The notes beneath the pieces were generated by a model. The model had not been told where the DNA came from and did not search any database. It saw only the letters and a program-made list of their open reading frames with translations. Below, piece after piece: positions 1 through 9,982 of a stretch of DNA of 54,026 bases. Within the stretch, counting starts at the first letter, position 1. Each line of letters opens with the position of its first letter. The DNA is from Polyangiales bacterium. Its GTDB lineage: Bacteria; Myxococcota_A; Polyangia; Polyangiales; Ga0077539. Location: assembly GCA_041389825.1 (NCBI GenBank), contig JAWKRC010000007.1:253093-307118 (forward strand), in the 5' to 3' direction. The position numbers were made by a program, and so were the translations under genes.

Positions 1-1
1 G

Positions 2-1621
2 CGCCGCACCTACGCCAGCGCCCGCGCGCGGGGGCGCACCGCGGCCCTGCTCGAGCAGCAGCGGCCGAACCTCTTCCGTCAGTCGGTCGCGAACGTGCGG
101 CCGGGCGCGTCGGTGCGCGTGCGCGTCGCCCTCGCGCAGACCGTCGCGTGGCGCGAGGGCCGCTACGAGCTCGTGATGCCCCTGAACCCAGGCTCCCGCT
201 ACACGCCGGGTCAGGGCGGGGCCACGCCCGACCGGCCGCCCGGTGACGTGACGATCCGCGCGCGCATCGACCTGGGCGTCGCGCTCGCCGAGGTGTCGTC
301 CCCCTCGCACGCGGTGACGGTCCGCGGAGAGGGCGGCGCGCGGGAGGTCACGCTCCCCGCCGCGGTGACACCCGACAGGGATTTCGTCCTTCGCTACCGC
401 CCCGTGGCCGACGTGGCCGCGACCGCCGCGCTCGCGACGCGCGGGCCCGACGGCGGGTACCTCTCGCTCCAGCTCCTCCCCGCCGTGGATCTCCCTGACG
501 ACAGGCTCACCCCGCGGGAGCTGGTCTTCGTGGTCGACACGTCGAGCTCCATGCGCGGCCGTCCGCTGGCGCAGGCGCAGGCCGTGGTGCGCGAGGCCCT
601 CGCACACGCGCGGGCCACCGACACCGTGCGCGTCTTGCGCTTCTCCGACGCGGTGAGCGCGCTCGACGCGAGACCGCTCCCTGCGACGCCCGAGAACGTC
701 GCGAGGGCGCGCGCCTTCGTCGACGCGATGCGCGCCGCGGGCGCGACCGAGATGCTCCCGGGGCTGCGCGCCGCCCTCGCGGGCCGCGCCGACGACGACC
801 GCGTGCGCGTCGTGGTGCTGCTCACCGACGGGTACATCGGGAACGAGGCCGAGGTGATGGCCGCGGTGCGCCCCGCGCTGGGCACGGCGCGGGTGTTCGC
901 GGTGGGCGTGGGCGGCGCGGTGAACCGCTACCTCCTCGAGGGCGTCTCGGAGGAGGGCCGCGGCGAGGCGATGGTGGTGACCCCGAGCGACGACCCGACC
1001 GAGGCGGCGAGGCGCTTTCACGCGATGATCGCGCGGCCGGTGCTCACCGACGTCGAGGTCGACTGGGGCGGACTCGCGGTGAGCGACGTGTACCCGCGCG
1101 TGGTGCCCGACCTCTTCGCGGACCGTCCGCTGGTGCTCCAGGCCCGCTACGCCCGCGGCGGCAGGGGGATGGTGCGCGTGCGCGCGGCTCCGCGGACAGG
1201 AGCAGACGCTTCGGGTGCGGCTGCCCGACGTCGGCGCGAGCGCGACCGAGACGCAGTCGGCGGCCCTGCCCTCGCTGTGGGCGCGGGCGCGGGATTGAAA
1301 GACCTCTCCCGCGCGCTGCTCCTCGGAGAGACGCCCGCGATCCGAGACGCGATCACCGAGGTCGGGCTGCGGCACCACCTCGTCACGGCCTACACCTCCT
1401 TCGTCGCGGTGGACGAGGGCGAGCCCGCCCGCGCCTCCACGCGGGTCGTGCACCGCAACGCGAGCGTCGCCTCGAGCTCGGTGGGGTACGGAGCGCAGGG
1501 TGGCGGCGCCCGCCGTCGGGATCGAAGGCGCGCTCGGCGGCATCGGCGTCTCTCCCGCTCCGTCGCGCCGACTCGGCCCTCGCTCTCCGCGGTGGCGTCT
1601 CCGGCGCCCGACCCCGCCTGA
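2..1621 (+). CDS. VIT / von Willebrand factor A domain protein (5' partial, continues upstream of window)
   Basis: The reading frame of ORF 95..1621 is open back to position 2, so the N-terminus lies outside the window. It has a DTSSSM (DxSxS MIDAS) motif followed by a VWA-like pattern (VVLLTDG), and the upstream region is VIT-like. The Arg-rich low-complexity C-terminus may be over-extended. Confidence 0.65.
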   Translation, partial: RRTYASARARGRTAALLEQQRPNLFRQSVANVRPGASVRVRVALAQTVAWREGRYELVMPLNPGSRYTPGQGGATPDRPPGDVTIRARIDLGVALAEVSSPSHAVTVRGEGGAREVTLPAAVTPDRDFVLRYRPVADVAATAALATRGPDGGYLSLQLLPAVDLPDDRLTPRELVFVVDTSSSMRGRPLAQAQAVVREALAHARATDTVRVLRFSDAVSALDARPLPATPENVARARAFVDAMRAAGATEMLPGLRAALAGRADDDRVRVVVLLTDGYIGNEAEVMAAVRPALGTARVFAVGVGGAVNRYLLEGVSEEGRGEAMVVTPSDDPTEAARRFHAMIARPVLTDVEVDWGGLAVSDVYPRVVPDLFADRPLVLQARYARGGRGMVRVRAAPRTGADASGAAARRRRERDRDAVGGPALAVGAGAGLKDLSRALLLGETPAIRDAITEVGLRHHLVTAYTSFVAVDEGEPARASTRVVHRNASVASSSVGYGAQGGGARRRDRRRARRHRRLSRSVAPTRPSLSAVASPAPDPA

Positions 1622-1816
1622 TGCCTCAGGTCGGCGCGGCGACCGCGCCGCCCAGCCGGGCCGCGCGCGAAGGTTCTCCGCGCGACGCCGTGCCCAGCCT
1701 CGCCCGCGACTGCGCGCGATCGTCACGGCGCAGACGCGCTCCGCGCCCGCCTCCGCGGTCAGGTGCTGCACGAGTGACCTTCGACGCGAGCGGCGCGGCG
1801 CGCGAGGTCTCGCTGG

Positions 1817-3337
1817 TCAGGGCTCGCTCGGCGTGCAGGGCGTGACCGCGGCGCTGCGACGCGCGCGCTCCTCCAGGCGCGCGCCGAGTGGCGCCGACGG
1901 CCACGCTGTCACCCTGCGCGCGGCGGTCACCGACGCGAGGACGATGCTCCGCGTGGAGTAGCGCCGCGACGTCGTCGCAGCGCGGCGGCCGCCGCCGCGA
2001 GCAGGAGGAGCGCCGTCCCCTTCGTCGCGCGAGGCGTCGTCGCGCGGCGCGGCACCCACCCTCCAGCGCGGGTCGTCGCCCGCGTCGCCGACCTCCGCGT
2101 CGCTCGCGTCGCTCGCGTCGCTCACGTCGCCCGCGTCACCACCGTCGCCCGCGTCGCCCGCGTCGACGAGGATCACGGTCACGTCTTCACCCTCGCCCGC
2201 GTCTTCGAGCGCGGCGACGTCCTCTTCGCTCCCTGCGTCGACGGGCGCCACGGGCACGTCTTCGACCGCCGGGCCCGCGTCTCTCACCGCGGCGCGGACC
2301 CTCACCGCGCAGCGCACGGCGTCGTCGGCGGGGCCGAACCAGGTGACGCCCTCCTGCACGAGCCCATAGGTCTCGCTCACGGTCATGTCCGCCGCGACGT
2401 CGGGGATGTTCAGCACGAAGGAGAAGCGCCCCACCGCGCCGGGCGCCGTCGCGTGGTCGACCCCCGAGGGGCGGTTCGCGCTCACCCAGTTCTCCATGTC
2501 GAAGAACACGCCGCGGTGGTCGCGCGGGCCCGTGGTGCCGAGCCGCGTCGACGCGATCTGCCACGTCGCCGGGCCCGTGTTGCGGTACTCGACGTAGGCC
2601 ACGGGTCGGTCGCCCGCGTCGGCCGTCGCGGGGCAGCTCACCGTCACCAGCGTGGCCGCGTAGGCGGGCGTCGGCGGGGTCGTGTCGCAGCCGTTTCGCG
2701 AGAAGCCGTTGGCCGGCGAGCGCGACACGCGGTTCGCCGTGATGGGGCCGTAGTCGCCGTCCTCGGCGATGCGGTCGCTCGGGTTGTTGACGTTCCAGAG
2801 GCGCTGAAAGGCGCGCACCGAGTCGGCGCGGCGGTCGCTGCCGGGGCAGTCGAAGTGGACATCGTCGGTGCCGGGGTACGGGTGTCGGCAGCCCGCGTTG
2901 GTCATCGCGCGCTGCGCCGCCGACCAGTTCGAGAGGTCTACCGCGATGCCGGTCTCGTGGTTCGAGTTGCCCGGCGTCGCCGCGAGGCCGCAGGCGCCCG
3001 AGTGGTAGAGCACGTACTGGTCCGCGAGCGTGCGGAACATCGAGTTGATCCGCACCGGCGTCACGGCGGCGGCGCTCCACAGGGCCGCGCGGGCGCTCGA
3101 CTGCATCAGCGAGAAGATCCGCGACTCGCTGAGGGTGACCCCCGCGTGCGGCGCCGCGTTCACGAACACCCCTGGGAACATGCAGATCTGCGTGTCGACG
3201 AGCTGCCGCGAGAGCCCGACGACGCCCGCGGTGCTGCACTCGCGGCGCGCCGCGACCGCGGCCACGGTCTGCGCGCGCGCGAGCGGCGCGGCGAGGAGGA
3301 GCGCGAGGGTCGCGGCGGTCGTTGCGCGGAGGGTCAC
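1817..3337 (-). CDS. Secreted M15-family zinc D-Ala-D-Ala carboxypeptidase-like protein with acidic C-terminal region
   Basis: This is part of ORF 1817..3430. The likely start is the GTG 31 codons in, which gives the signal peptide VTLRATTAATLALLLAAPLARA. SNHETGIAVDLS matches the HxxGxAxD zinc-ligand motif of Streptomyces-type D,D-carboxypeptidase/VanY-like peptidases. The C-terminal part has D/G/E-rich repeats. Confidence 0.6.
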   Translation of the reverse strand: MTLRATTAATLALLLAAPLARAQTVAAVAARRECSTAGVVGLSRQLVDTQICMFPGVFVNAAPHAGVTLSESRIFSLMQSSARAALWSAAAVTPVRINSMFRTLADQYVLYHSGACGLAATPGNSNHETGIAVDLSNWSAAQRAMTNAGCRHPYPGTDDVHFDCPGSDRRADSVRAFQRLWNVNNPSDRIAEDGDYGPITANRVSRSPANGFSRNGCDTTPPTPAYAATLVTVSCPATADAGDRPVAYVEYRNTGPATWQIASTRLGTTGPRDHRGVFFDMENWVSANRPSGVDHATAPGAVGRFSFVLNIPDVAADMTVSETYGLVQEGVTWFGPADDAVRCAVRVRAAVRDAGPAVEDVPVAPVDAGSEEDVAALEDAGEGEDVTVILVDAGDAGDGGDAGDVSDASDASDAEVGDAGDDPRWRVGAAPRDDASRDEGDGAPPARGGGRRAATTSRRYSTRSIVLASVTAARRVTAWPSAPLGARLEERARRSAAVTPCTPSEP

Positions 3338-3435
3338 GGTTCCGCGGGGATCGCACCACGATTCGTGGCGAGCGTCATCGGTCAGGGGAGTGTCCACCCG
3401 AGAGCCGACACCCGACGCTCGCGCCTCCAAGCGAC

Positions 3436-4389
3436 ATGGAAGACGCGGTCCGACCGTCGTGGGAGCTCCGCGAGCGCGCGTCGACCCCGGCGCGCCCCCA
3501 CCGCTGGCTGCGGCGGGTGGCCGTGGGCCTCGGCGCGGTCGTCGTGCTCGCGGCGGTCGCGTTCGGGGTCGCGGTCGCCTGGGTGCGCTCCGAGGCGGGG
3601 CGGCGCTGGGTCGCGCGAAAGATCGAGGCCGAGGTGTCGTCGCAGGTCCGAGGCACGATCCGCGTGGGAGAGATCACCGAGATCAGCCGCACGTCGCTGC
3701 GCGCGCGGAACGTGCGGGTGATCTCTCCCGACGGCGACACCGTGATCGCCGTGCGAGACGTGTCGATGGACATCCGCTGGCGCTCCCTCGCCGCGGGCCG
3801 CTTCGCGTCGACCTCGGCGCGCGTGCGCGGCGGCACGGTGCGCATCGCCGAGGCGCAGGGAGACCCGAGCACCGTGAGCATCGAGCTCGCGTTCCGTGGC
3901 CGCGGCGGAGACGGCGGCGCAGACCGCTCGGGCGGAGACTCCCCGCTCTCGCTCCGTCGCATGGTCCTCTCGGACCTCACGGTCACCTCGCGCTTCGACG
4001 ACCTGCCCGACGCGCGCGGAGAGCGCCTCGCGGGCACCCTCGACATCGTCGTGCCGCGGCCGGGCGCCGCCGCGCGGCTCCACCTCCGGGGCGTTCGCAT
4101 GGCGCTGCACGTCGCGACGCCGCTCCCGCTGAACCTGACGGTCACCGACGGCCGCTTCGACTTCGACGGCGACGGAGAGGCGCGCGCCCGCGTCGACCTG
4201 CGCACCGACCTCGGGCGGCTCGAGACCGACGTGATCGCGCGCCCCGACGGCCCGCGGGTCTTCGCGCACGCCACGCTGCGGCGCGACGCGACGCCCTTCG
4301 AGACGCTGCCGCTCACGACGCAGGCCTTCGCCGCCGACATCGCCTCGCAGCGCTTCACCTTCGACGCGCGCCGCGAGGGCGCGCCCTGA
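3436..4389 (+). CDS. Hypothetical membrane-anchored protein (AsmA-like N-terminal region)
   Basis: An ATG at codon 39 of ORF 3322..4389 gives MEDAVRPSW followed by a single TM segment (VAVGLGAVVVLAAVAFGVAVAWV). There is weak AsmA/TamB-like N-terminal similarity (IRVGEITEISRTSLRARNVRV). Confidence 0.45.
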   Translation: MEDAVRPSWELRERASTPARPHRWLRRVAVGLGAVVVLAAVAFGVAVAWVRSEAGRRWVARKIEAEVSSQVRGTIRVGEITEISRTSLRARNVRVISPDGDTVIAVRDVSMDIRWRSLAAGRFASTSARVRGGTVRIAEAQGDPSTVSIELAFRGRGGDGGADRSGGDSPLSLRRMVLSDLTVTSRFDDLPDARGERLAGTLDIVVPRPGAAARLHLRGVRMALHVATPLPLNLTVTDGRFDFDGDGEARARVDLRTDLGRLETDVIARPDGPRVFAHATLRRDATPFETLPLTTQAFAADIASQRFTFDARREGAP

Positions 4390-4395
4390 CCGCCC

Positions 4396-6471
4396 TCAGG
4401 GGAAATAGATCCGGCTCTGCGCGTCGCAGTAGTAGTTGATCCGCCCGTTCCAGGCCTGACACGACGCGCGCGCCATGAAGTTGTTGCTGCTCAGCCCCGA
4501 GCGCGAGCAGGTCTGCGTGTCGGCGGTCACCTGCCCCGAGCGCCACGGGCACGCCTCGCCCGAGAGGCAGAAGCGCGAGATCCCGTTGACGCAGTAGACC
4601 TGCAGCGCGTCTCCGCCCGCGCTCGCGCCGCCGTCGTCGATGCACCCGTCGGGGATGTTGGCCACCAGCCCCGTGCCCGTGCAGGTGAGCGAGATGCAGC
4701 CCGTGGCCGAGTAGCCCTCGTCGACCACGCCGTCGCAGTCGTCGTCGACGCCGTTGCACGCCTCGACCCCGCGCCGCCCGCACGCGCCGCAGTTGGCCTG
4801 GTCCGTCGCGAGGTTCGCCTCGCAGCCGTTCGCCGCGCTGCCGTCGCAGTTCCCGAAGCCCGCCGCGCAGGTGAGCCCGCACGCGCCGCCCGCGCAGGTC
4901 GCCGTCGAGTTCGCCCCCGAGGGGCACGCGCCGCCGCAGCGCCCGCAGTGCGCCGTCGAGGTGTTGGTGTCGACCTCGCAGCCGTTGGCCGCGTTGCCGT
5001 CGCAGTCTCCGCGCCCCGCCGCGCAGGCCACCCCGCAGGCCCCCGCCGCGCACACCGCCGCGCCCCCCGCGGGCGTGGGGCACGCGTTCATGCACGCGCC
5101 GCAGTGCGCCGCGCTCGTCGCGGTGTTCGTCTCGCACCCGTTCGCCGCGAAGCCGTCGCAGTCGCCGTAGCCCGCCGCGCAGCCCGTCACCACGCAGGTC
5201 GAGGCCGCACAGCGCGTCTCGGTGTTGGGCAGCGCGCACGCGCGGCCGCATCCGCCGCAGTGCATCGCGTCGGTCGCCGTCGCGACCTCGCAGCCGTTCG
5301 ACGGGTCGCCGTCGCAGTCGGCGAAGCCCGCGGCGCACACGAGCGCGCAGCGCGACGCCGCGCACACGCCCACGGCGTTCGAGCCGCCGGCGCACGCGTT
5401 GCCGCAGGCGCCGCAGTGGGCCACGGCGCTGCGCAGGTCGGCCTCGCAGCCGTTGGTGGGGTTGCCGTCGCAGTCTCCGAAGCCGTCGGCGCAGGCCGTG
5501 ACCCCGCACACGCCCATCGCGCAGGCGCCCGTCGCGTTGGGCGGGTTGCACGCGACGCCGCAGCCGCCGCAGTTCGCGTTGCTCGCGCGCGTGTCGACCT
5601 CGCACCCGTTGCTCGGGTCGGCGTCGCAGTCGGCGAAGCCGGGCGAGCAGGCGTAGGCGCAGCGCCCCGCCGAGCAGCTCACCGTGGCGTTGTCGCGGGC
5701 CTCGCAGGTGCGCCCGCACGCGCCGCAGTTGGTGACGTCGGTCGAGGTGTCGGCCTCGCAGCCGTTGGCCGACGCGCCGTCGCAGTCGGCGAAGGGGGCC
5801 GTGCACGCGTCGACCGCGCAGGCACCGTTCGCGCACGCCGCGGCCGCGTTGGGCACGGAGCACCGCGCCCCGCAGGCCCCGCAGTGCGCCGTGCTGGAGA
5901 GCGTGTCGACGCAGGCGCCGTCGCAGCACGACTGCGTGCCGGGGCACGCGCGCGCCGAGCTGCACCCCGTGACGCAGAGGTTGCCCACGCAGAGCGTGCC
6001 CGCGGGGCAGTGCTCGTCGCGCAGGCACGCGACGCACTGGTGCGTGGAGACGTCGCAGCGCCCCGACGACGCGCCGCCGTCGCCCGCCGCGTCGCCGCAG
6101 TCGGCGTCGTCGGCGCAGCCCTCGGCGCAGGTGTTCATCCCCGCGACGCAGTAGCGCCCCGCGGGGCAGACGTCGTTCGTGGGCGTGCACGCGACGCAGC
6201 GGCCCGAGGTCGGGTCGCACACCGGCCCGTCGGCGCTGCCCGCGCACGAGGCCGCGTCGACGCAGCGCGGGGGGCCGAGGTCGGCCGTGACGTCGGCGCC
6301 CACGTCGGGCGGGCCGTTGTCGGGCGGGCCGTTGTCGACGCCGAGGTCGGTGACGAGCGCGTCGGTCGTGGGGCCCGCGTCGGCGCCGACCACGCTCGAC
6401 TCGCCGCCGCCGCAGCCGACCGCGCACAGAGAGAGCAGCACCGAGGCGGAGAAGAAAGTCCGTCGAAGCAT
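4396..6471 (-). CDS. Lipoprotein with about 10 tandem myxobacterial Cys-rich repeats (HCGxCGxxC...CxxGxxDCDGxxxNGCE)
   Basis: ORF of 691 aa. The signal peptide ends in the lipobox LSLCAVGC. A roughly 40-aa cysteine-rich module recurs about 10 times. A distinct C-terminal domain ends in NYYCDAQSRIYFP. Confidence 0.75.
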   Translation of the reverse strand: MLRRTFFSASVLLSLCAVGCGGGESSVVGADAGPTTDALVTDLGVDNGPPDNGPPDVGADVTADLGPPRCVDAASCAGSADGPVCDPTSGRCVACTPTNDVCPAGRYCVAGMNTCAEGCADDADCGDAAGDGGASSGRCDVSTHQCVACLRDEHCPAGTLCVGNLCVTGCSSARACPGTQSCCDGACVDTLSSTAHCGACGARCSVPNAAAACANGACAVDACTAPFADCDGASANGCEADTSTDVTNCGACGRTCEARDNATVSCSAGRCAYACSPGFADCDADPSNGCEVDTRASNANCGGCGVACNPPNATGACAMGVCGVTACADGFGDCDGNPTNGCEADLRSAVAHCGACGNACAGGSNAVGVCAASRCALVCAAGFADCDGDPSNGCEVATATDAMHCGGCGRACALPNTETRCAASTCVVTGCAAGYGDCDGFAANGCETNTATSAAHCGACMNACPTPAGGAAVCAAGACGVACAAGRGDCDGNAANGCEVDTNTSTAHCGRCGGACPSGANSTATCAGGACGLTCAAGFGNCDGSAANGCEANLATDQANCGACGRRGVEACNGVDDDCDGVVDEGYSATGCISLTCTGTGLVANIPDGCIDDGGASAGGDALQVYCVNGISRFCLSGEACPWRSGQVTADTQTCSRSGLSSNNFMARASCQAWNGRINYYCDAQSRIYFP
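4700..6100. repeat. Intragenic tandem repeat array (about 120-bp units) encoding the Cys-rich modules
   Basis: The protein periodicity is visible in the translation. The antisense frames 4754..5170, 5222..5656 and 5684..6154 also show periodic sequences, which reflects DNA-level repetition. Confidence 0.6.
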
Positions 6472-6520
6472 CGCGTCCGCACCTCCGGCGAGGGAATCGC
6501 CAGCGCGACGATACCCGACG

Positions 6521-6934
6521 CTACGGGCGCACCGTGAGGCTCCAGTCGATCTTCACCGTCGCCTCGAGCATCTTGCCGACGGAGCAGTATTTCTCCACCC
6601 CGAGGGCCACCGCGCGGCGGGCCTTGTCTTCGTTCACCGGGCCGTCGATCACGTAGCGCAGGGTGATGTGCGTGAAGACCGCGGGCACCGCGTCGGCGCG
6701 CTCGCCCTCGACCTCCACCGTGAGGTCGCGCAGCGGCTCGCCCTGCCGCTTCAGGATGTGCACCACGTCGATGGCCCCGCACGCCGCGAGGGCCGCGAGC
6801 ACGCCCTCCATCGGCCGCATCGAGACGCCGTCGCCGCCGTGGTCGGGCGAGCCCGCGAGGCGCACGGTGCCGCCGGCGTCGTTGGCGACGTCGAAGACCG
6901 CGCCGTCGGCGACCTTCTTGAGCGTGACCTTCAC
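6521..6934 (-). CDS. OsmC/Ohr family peroxiredoxin-like protein
   Basis: The C-terminal 137 aa of ORF 6521..7354 (VKVTLKK...GVLAALAACGAIDVVHILKRQ...VEKYCSVGKM) matches the OsmC fold, including the two conserved Cys. The start is a GTG that overlaps the cysK stop. The upstream part of the ORF is non-coding-looking Arg/Gly-rich sequence. Confidence 0.75.
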   Translation of the reverse strand: MKVTLKKVADGAVFDVANDAGGTVRLAGSPDHGGDGVSMRPMEGVLAALAACGAIDVVHILKRQGEPLRDLTVEVEGERADAVPAVFTHITLRYVIDGPVNEDKARRAVALGVEKYCSVGKMLEATVKIDWSLTVRP

Positions 6935-7824
6935 GCGCCCGCCTTCGGGGCGAAGAGCCCCGACGAGAGGTAGCGGTCTCCGCGGTCGCAGATGATCACC
7001 ACGATCACGCCCTCGTCGACCTCGTCGGCGACCTTGAGCGCGGCCCACAGCGCGCCGCCCGACGAGACCCCGCCGAACACGCCCTCGGTGCGCGCGAGCG
7101 CGCGGGTGGTGTCTTCGGCGTCGGACTGCGACACCTCGATCACCCGGTCGACGCGCGAGCGGTCGAAGATCTTCGGCAGGTAGGCCTCGGGCCAGCGGCG
7201 GATGCCCGGGATGCGCGAGTCGCCCTCGGGCTGCACGCCCACGATCTGCACGGCGGCCGAGCGCTCCTTCAAGAAGCGCGAGGTGCCCATGATGGTGCCC
7301 GTGGTGCCCATCGACGACACGAAGTGGGTCACGCGGCCCTGCGTGTCGCGCCACACCTCGGGCCCCGTGGTGCGGTAGTGCGCGCGCCAGTTGTCGTCGT
7401 TGGAGAACTGGTCGAGCATCACGCAGCCGCCCTCGGCGACCTTGGCGCGGGCGTAGTCGATGGCGCCCTCCATGCCGCCCGAGGCGGGGGTGAGGGTGAC
7501 CGTCGCGCCGAAGGCCTGCATGGTCTGCACGCGCTCGGCGGTGGAGTTCTCGGGCATCACGAGCTCGAGCGCGTAGCCCTTGGCGCAGGCGATCATCGCG
7601 AGGGCGATGCCGGTGTTGCCGCTGGTGGGCTCGATGAGGCGCACGCCGGGGCGGAGCTCTCCGCGGGCCTCGGCGCCCTCGATCATCGAGAGGGCGGGGC
7701 GGTCTTTCACCGAGCCGCCGGGGTTGTGGCCTTCGAGCTTGGCGAGCACGCGCACCCGCGGCTTGCGGTGCATGCGGGTGAGCTCGACCAGGGGTGTGTT
7801 GCCGACGAGTCTGGTGAGGAGCAT
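6931..7824 (-). CDS. cysK: Cysteine synthase A (O-acetylserine sulfhydrylase)
   Basis: MLLTRLVGNTPLVEL...LEGHNPGGSVKDRPALSMIEGAE...TSGNTGIALAMIACAKGY are canonical PLP-dependent CysK motifs. The start is the ATG at codon 127 of ORF 6931..8202, giving 298 aa. Confidence 0.9.
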   Translation of the reverse strand: MLLTRLVGNTPLVELTRMHRKPRVRVLAKLEGHNPGGSVKDRPALSMIEGAEARGELRPGVRLIEPTSGNTGIALAMIACAKGYALELVMPENSTAERVQTMQAFGATVTLTPASGGMEGAIDYARAKVAEGGCVMLDQFSNDDNWRAHYRTTGPEVWRDTQGRVTHFVSSMGTTGTIMGTSRFLKERSAAVQIVGVQPEGDSRIPGIRRWPEAYLPKIFDRSRVDRVIEVSQSDAEDTTRALARTEGVFGGVSSGGALWAALKVADEVDEGVIVVIICDRGDRYLSSGLFAPKAGA

Positions 7825-7835
7825 GGGGGAGTCGA

Positions 7836-8351
7836 TCAGCCCTTGATGCGGCGCTGCATCTCGGCCACGTGGGGCCGCAGCGCGGTGACGGCGTCTTCGG
7901 GGCCCCTGAAGCGCACCGAGCCCTTCGGAGACCCGCGGTGGAGGCGGAAGGTGAGCACGTTGTCGACGATCACGGGCCGGGCGATGGAGGCCCAGGGGAT
8001 CACGGCCTTGAAGGCCTTGGGTCGGCGCTCGCGCAGGCCGTAGCCGACGCAGACCGCGAGGAGGACGCAGAGCACCGCGATGCCGACGACGCGCGACTCG
8101 GTGGCGCTGCCGATGACGACGCCGAGCACGCCGCCGGTGAGGAGCCCGAGGAGGGTCATCCACGCGAGGATGAAGGGCTTGCGGTGCTGCGCGGTGATCC
8201 ACACGCCGTCGGCGACGAGGGTGATAGAGCCCTCGCCCTCGAAGCCCGCGCTGCCGGCCTCGTCGCCGAGCTTCTGGGCCTCGAAGCGGCCCTCGACGGT
8301 CTTGCCGAGGACGGACAGGTCGGCTTCGGGCGGTGGCATAGGGTCGACCAC
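7836..8351 (-). CDS. Membrane protein with bacterial PH-like (DUF304-type) domain
   Basis: ORF of 171 aa with two TM helices (FILAWMTLLGLLTGGVLGVVIG and IAVLCVLLAVCVGY) followed by a small beta-rich domain. The start is uncertain; MPPPEADL is possible. Confidence 0.45.
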   Translation of the reverse strand: MVDPMPPPEADLSVLGKTVEGRFEAQKLGDEAGSAGFEGEGSITLVADGVWITAQHRKPFILAWMTLLGLLTGGVLGVVIGSATESRVVGIAVLCVLLAVCVGYGLRERRPKAFKAVIPWASIARPVIVDNVLTFRLHRGSPKGSVRFRGPEDAVTALRPHVAEMQRRIKG

Positions 8352-8382
8352 GCTACCGTGCCGCGCGCGCGCGTCGCAACGG

Positions 8383-9874
8383 TCACTCTGCGAGGAGGGC
8401 CACGATGAACTCGCCGACCCGCGGCCGACCCGCGGAGACGTAGGTGTCGAGGGAGAAGTAGTGCGTCCCAGGGCCGAGGTTCACGCGGACGGAGCGGTCG
8501 TCGCGGGCGACGCACGCGGCCCCCGTCGCCGCGCCCGTGAGCGCGTGGATGTCGACGTCGACACCGGGCCGTGAGACCACCACGGCGCGCACCGTCGTCG
8601 CGCGGGTGAGCGCGAGCCGGTAGAGGAACTCCGGCCCCGACTCGTCGGCGCTCGACGCGCAGCCGGGGTAGCGGTCGACGCGCGAGAACCCGCCGCGCGA
8701 GGTGTCTCTCACGTCGACGAAGGGCAGCGACGGGACCTCGATGGGAGCGGCGAGCGAGCCGTCGCCCTGCATCCGAGGGGCGCTCGGGTCGGGCGCGGCC
8801 CCGCCCCGCGCGGTGACCGCGAGCGCGCGGTCGAGGCTCTGGATCGTGAGCAGGTTGCGGACGTTGTGCCCGTAGCGCAGCCCCGCCGCGGAGAACACGC
8901 AGCCGCGCGCCGCGCCGCCCGCGGTGTAGACGTTGAGGTGGATCCCGTCGGCGCCGACGCCGTGCGAGGGGAGCCCCACGAGCTCGCGGTGCAGGTCGAT
9001 GAAGGGCACGCCGCGGGACTGGGCCACGGCGCGCGAGACGGCGTTGTAGCGGTCGACCCACGCGTCGGCCGCGGGGTCGTCGTCGCGCGGAGGCACGGCC
9101 GTGAGGTGCGGGATCACGCCCCGCGCGAGGAGCCGGTCGACGATGGTGAGGAGGTTGTCTCCGTAGCGGTCGAGGTTCCGCGACTGGATGTCGTTGGTGC
9201 CGAACATCACCGTGGCGTGCGTGGGCCGCGCGGCGTCGAGCTCGCGGTCGAGGGGCGGAGGCGTCCCCGAGAGCGCCGCCCACGCGCTCCACCCCACGGT
9301 CGCGGCGAGGCTCACCCTGCGGTACGGGTCCGTCCCCCGGCGTCGCCCGCGCGGAACCAGTCGACCGTCGCGCGCAGCGCGTCGCGCCCGCGAGGTCGAC
9401 CAAGCCGCCCGCGAAGCAGGCCGCGAAGTTCGTGTTCACCGTGTTCGAGGCACCCACCTTCGAGAACACCCGCGCCTGCCCCGGCGAGCCCGCGAGCACC
9501 GCCCGCCACCGACGCGCGAGGTCCTCGGTGATCGGCGAGAGCGCGCGGTCGGCCGTGTACAGCACCGTCCCCGTCTCGGTCGGCGCGTCGGCCACCGCGT
9601 CGCCGCCGTCGACCCCCGCGTCCCGGCCCGCGTCCCGGCCCGCGTCCCAGCCCGCGTCCGGCGCGCTGTCCGTCGCGTCTGCGCGATCGTCGCCCGCGAC
9701 GTCGCGCATCACGTCTGTCCCCGCGTCGGCCTCGGGCCGGTCCACGGCGCCGAGGTCCACCGCGATCGAGGCGTCGTCCTCCGCGCCCGCCTCCACGTCG
9801 AGCGCCTCCTCGTGCGGCGACGCGCCGCACGCCGCGAGCGTCAGAGCCGCGAACATCGTCCACCGCGCGATCAC
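8383..9874 (-). CDS. SGNH/GDSL-type hydrolase lipoprotein, apparently frameshifted near 9315-9376
   Basis: In frame A the N-terminal part (9874 down to about 9376) reads MFAALTLAACGASP, a lipoprotein signal, then a DAGRDAG repeat linker, then ...KVGASNTVNTNFAA. In frame B the C-terminal part (9315 down to 8383) carries SGNH block III (MFGTNDI) and block V (DGIHLN). The two ORFs overlap and need a 1-nt shift to join. Confidence 0.5.
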
Positions 9875-9982
9875 GGCGCGAGGGTGCCACGAGCGCGCGC
9901 GGATTCCCCCTCCCTCGGCCCGCGAAACTCAGCGTAGCGTCAGCGCGCCGCGCCCCCCGCGCCGCAGGAGCCACCGCAGCCC

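Noticed and set aside
2187-3359. 390-aa minus-strand ORF (also 2453..3721 plus, 3030..4439 plus, and 3375..4358 and 3382..4269 minus)
   Set aside because: These are alternative frames overlapping the M15 peptidase-like and 3436..4389 genes. They are Arg/Gly/Pro-rich low-complexity translations.
4948-6537. Long plus-strand ORF (529 aa) and ORFs 4754..5170, 5222..5656 and 5684..6154, all antisense to the Cys-rich repeat lipoprotein gene
   Set aside because: The sequence is Ala/Arg/Gly-rich and low-complexity and lies opposite a convincing repeat-protein gene. Open antisense frames are expected at about 72% GC and with periodic DNA.
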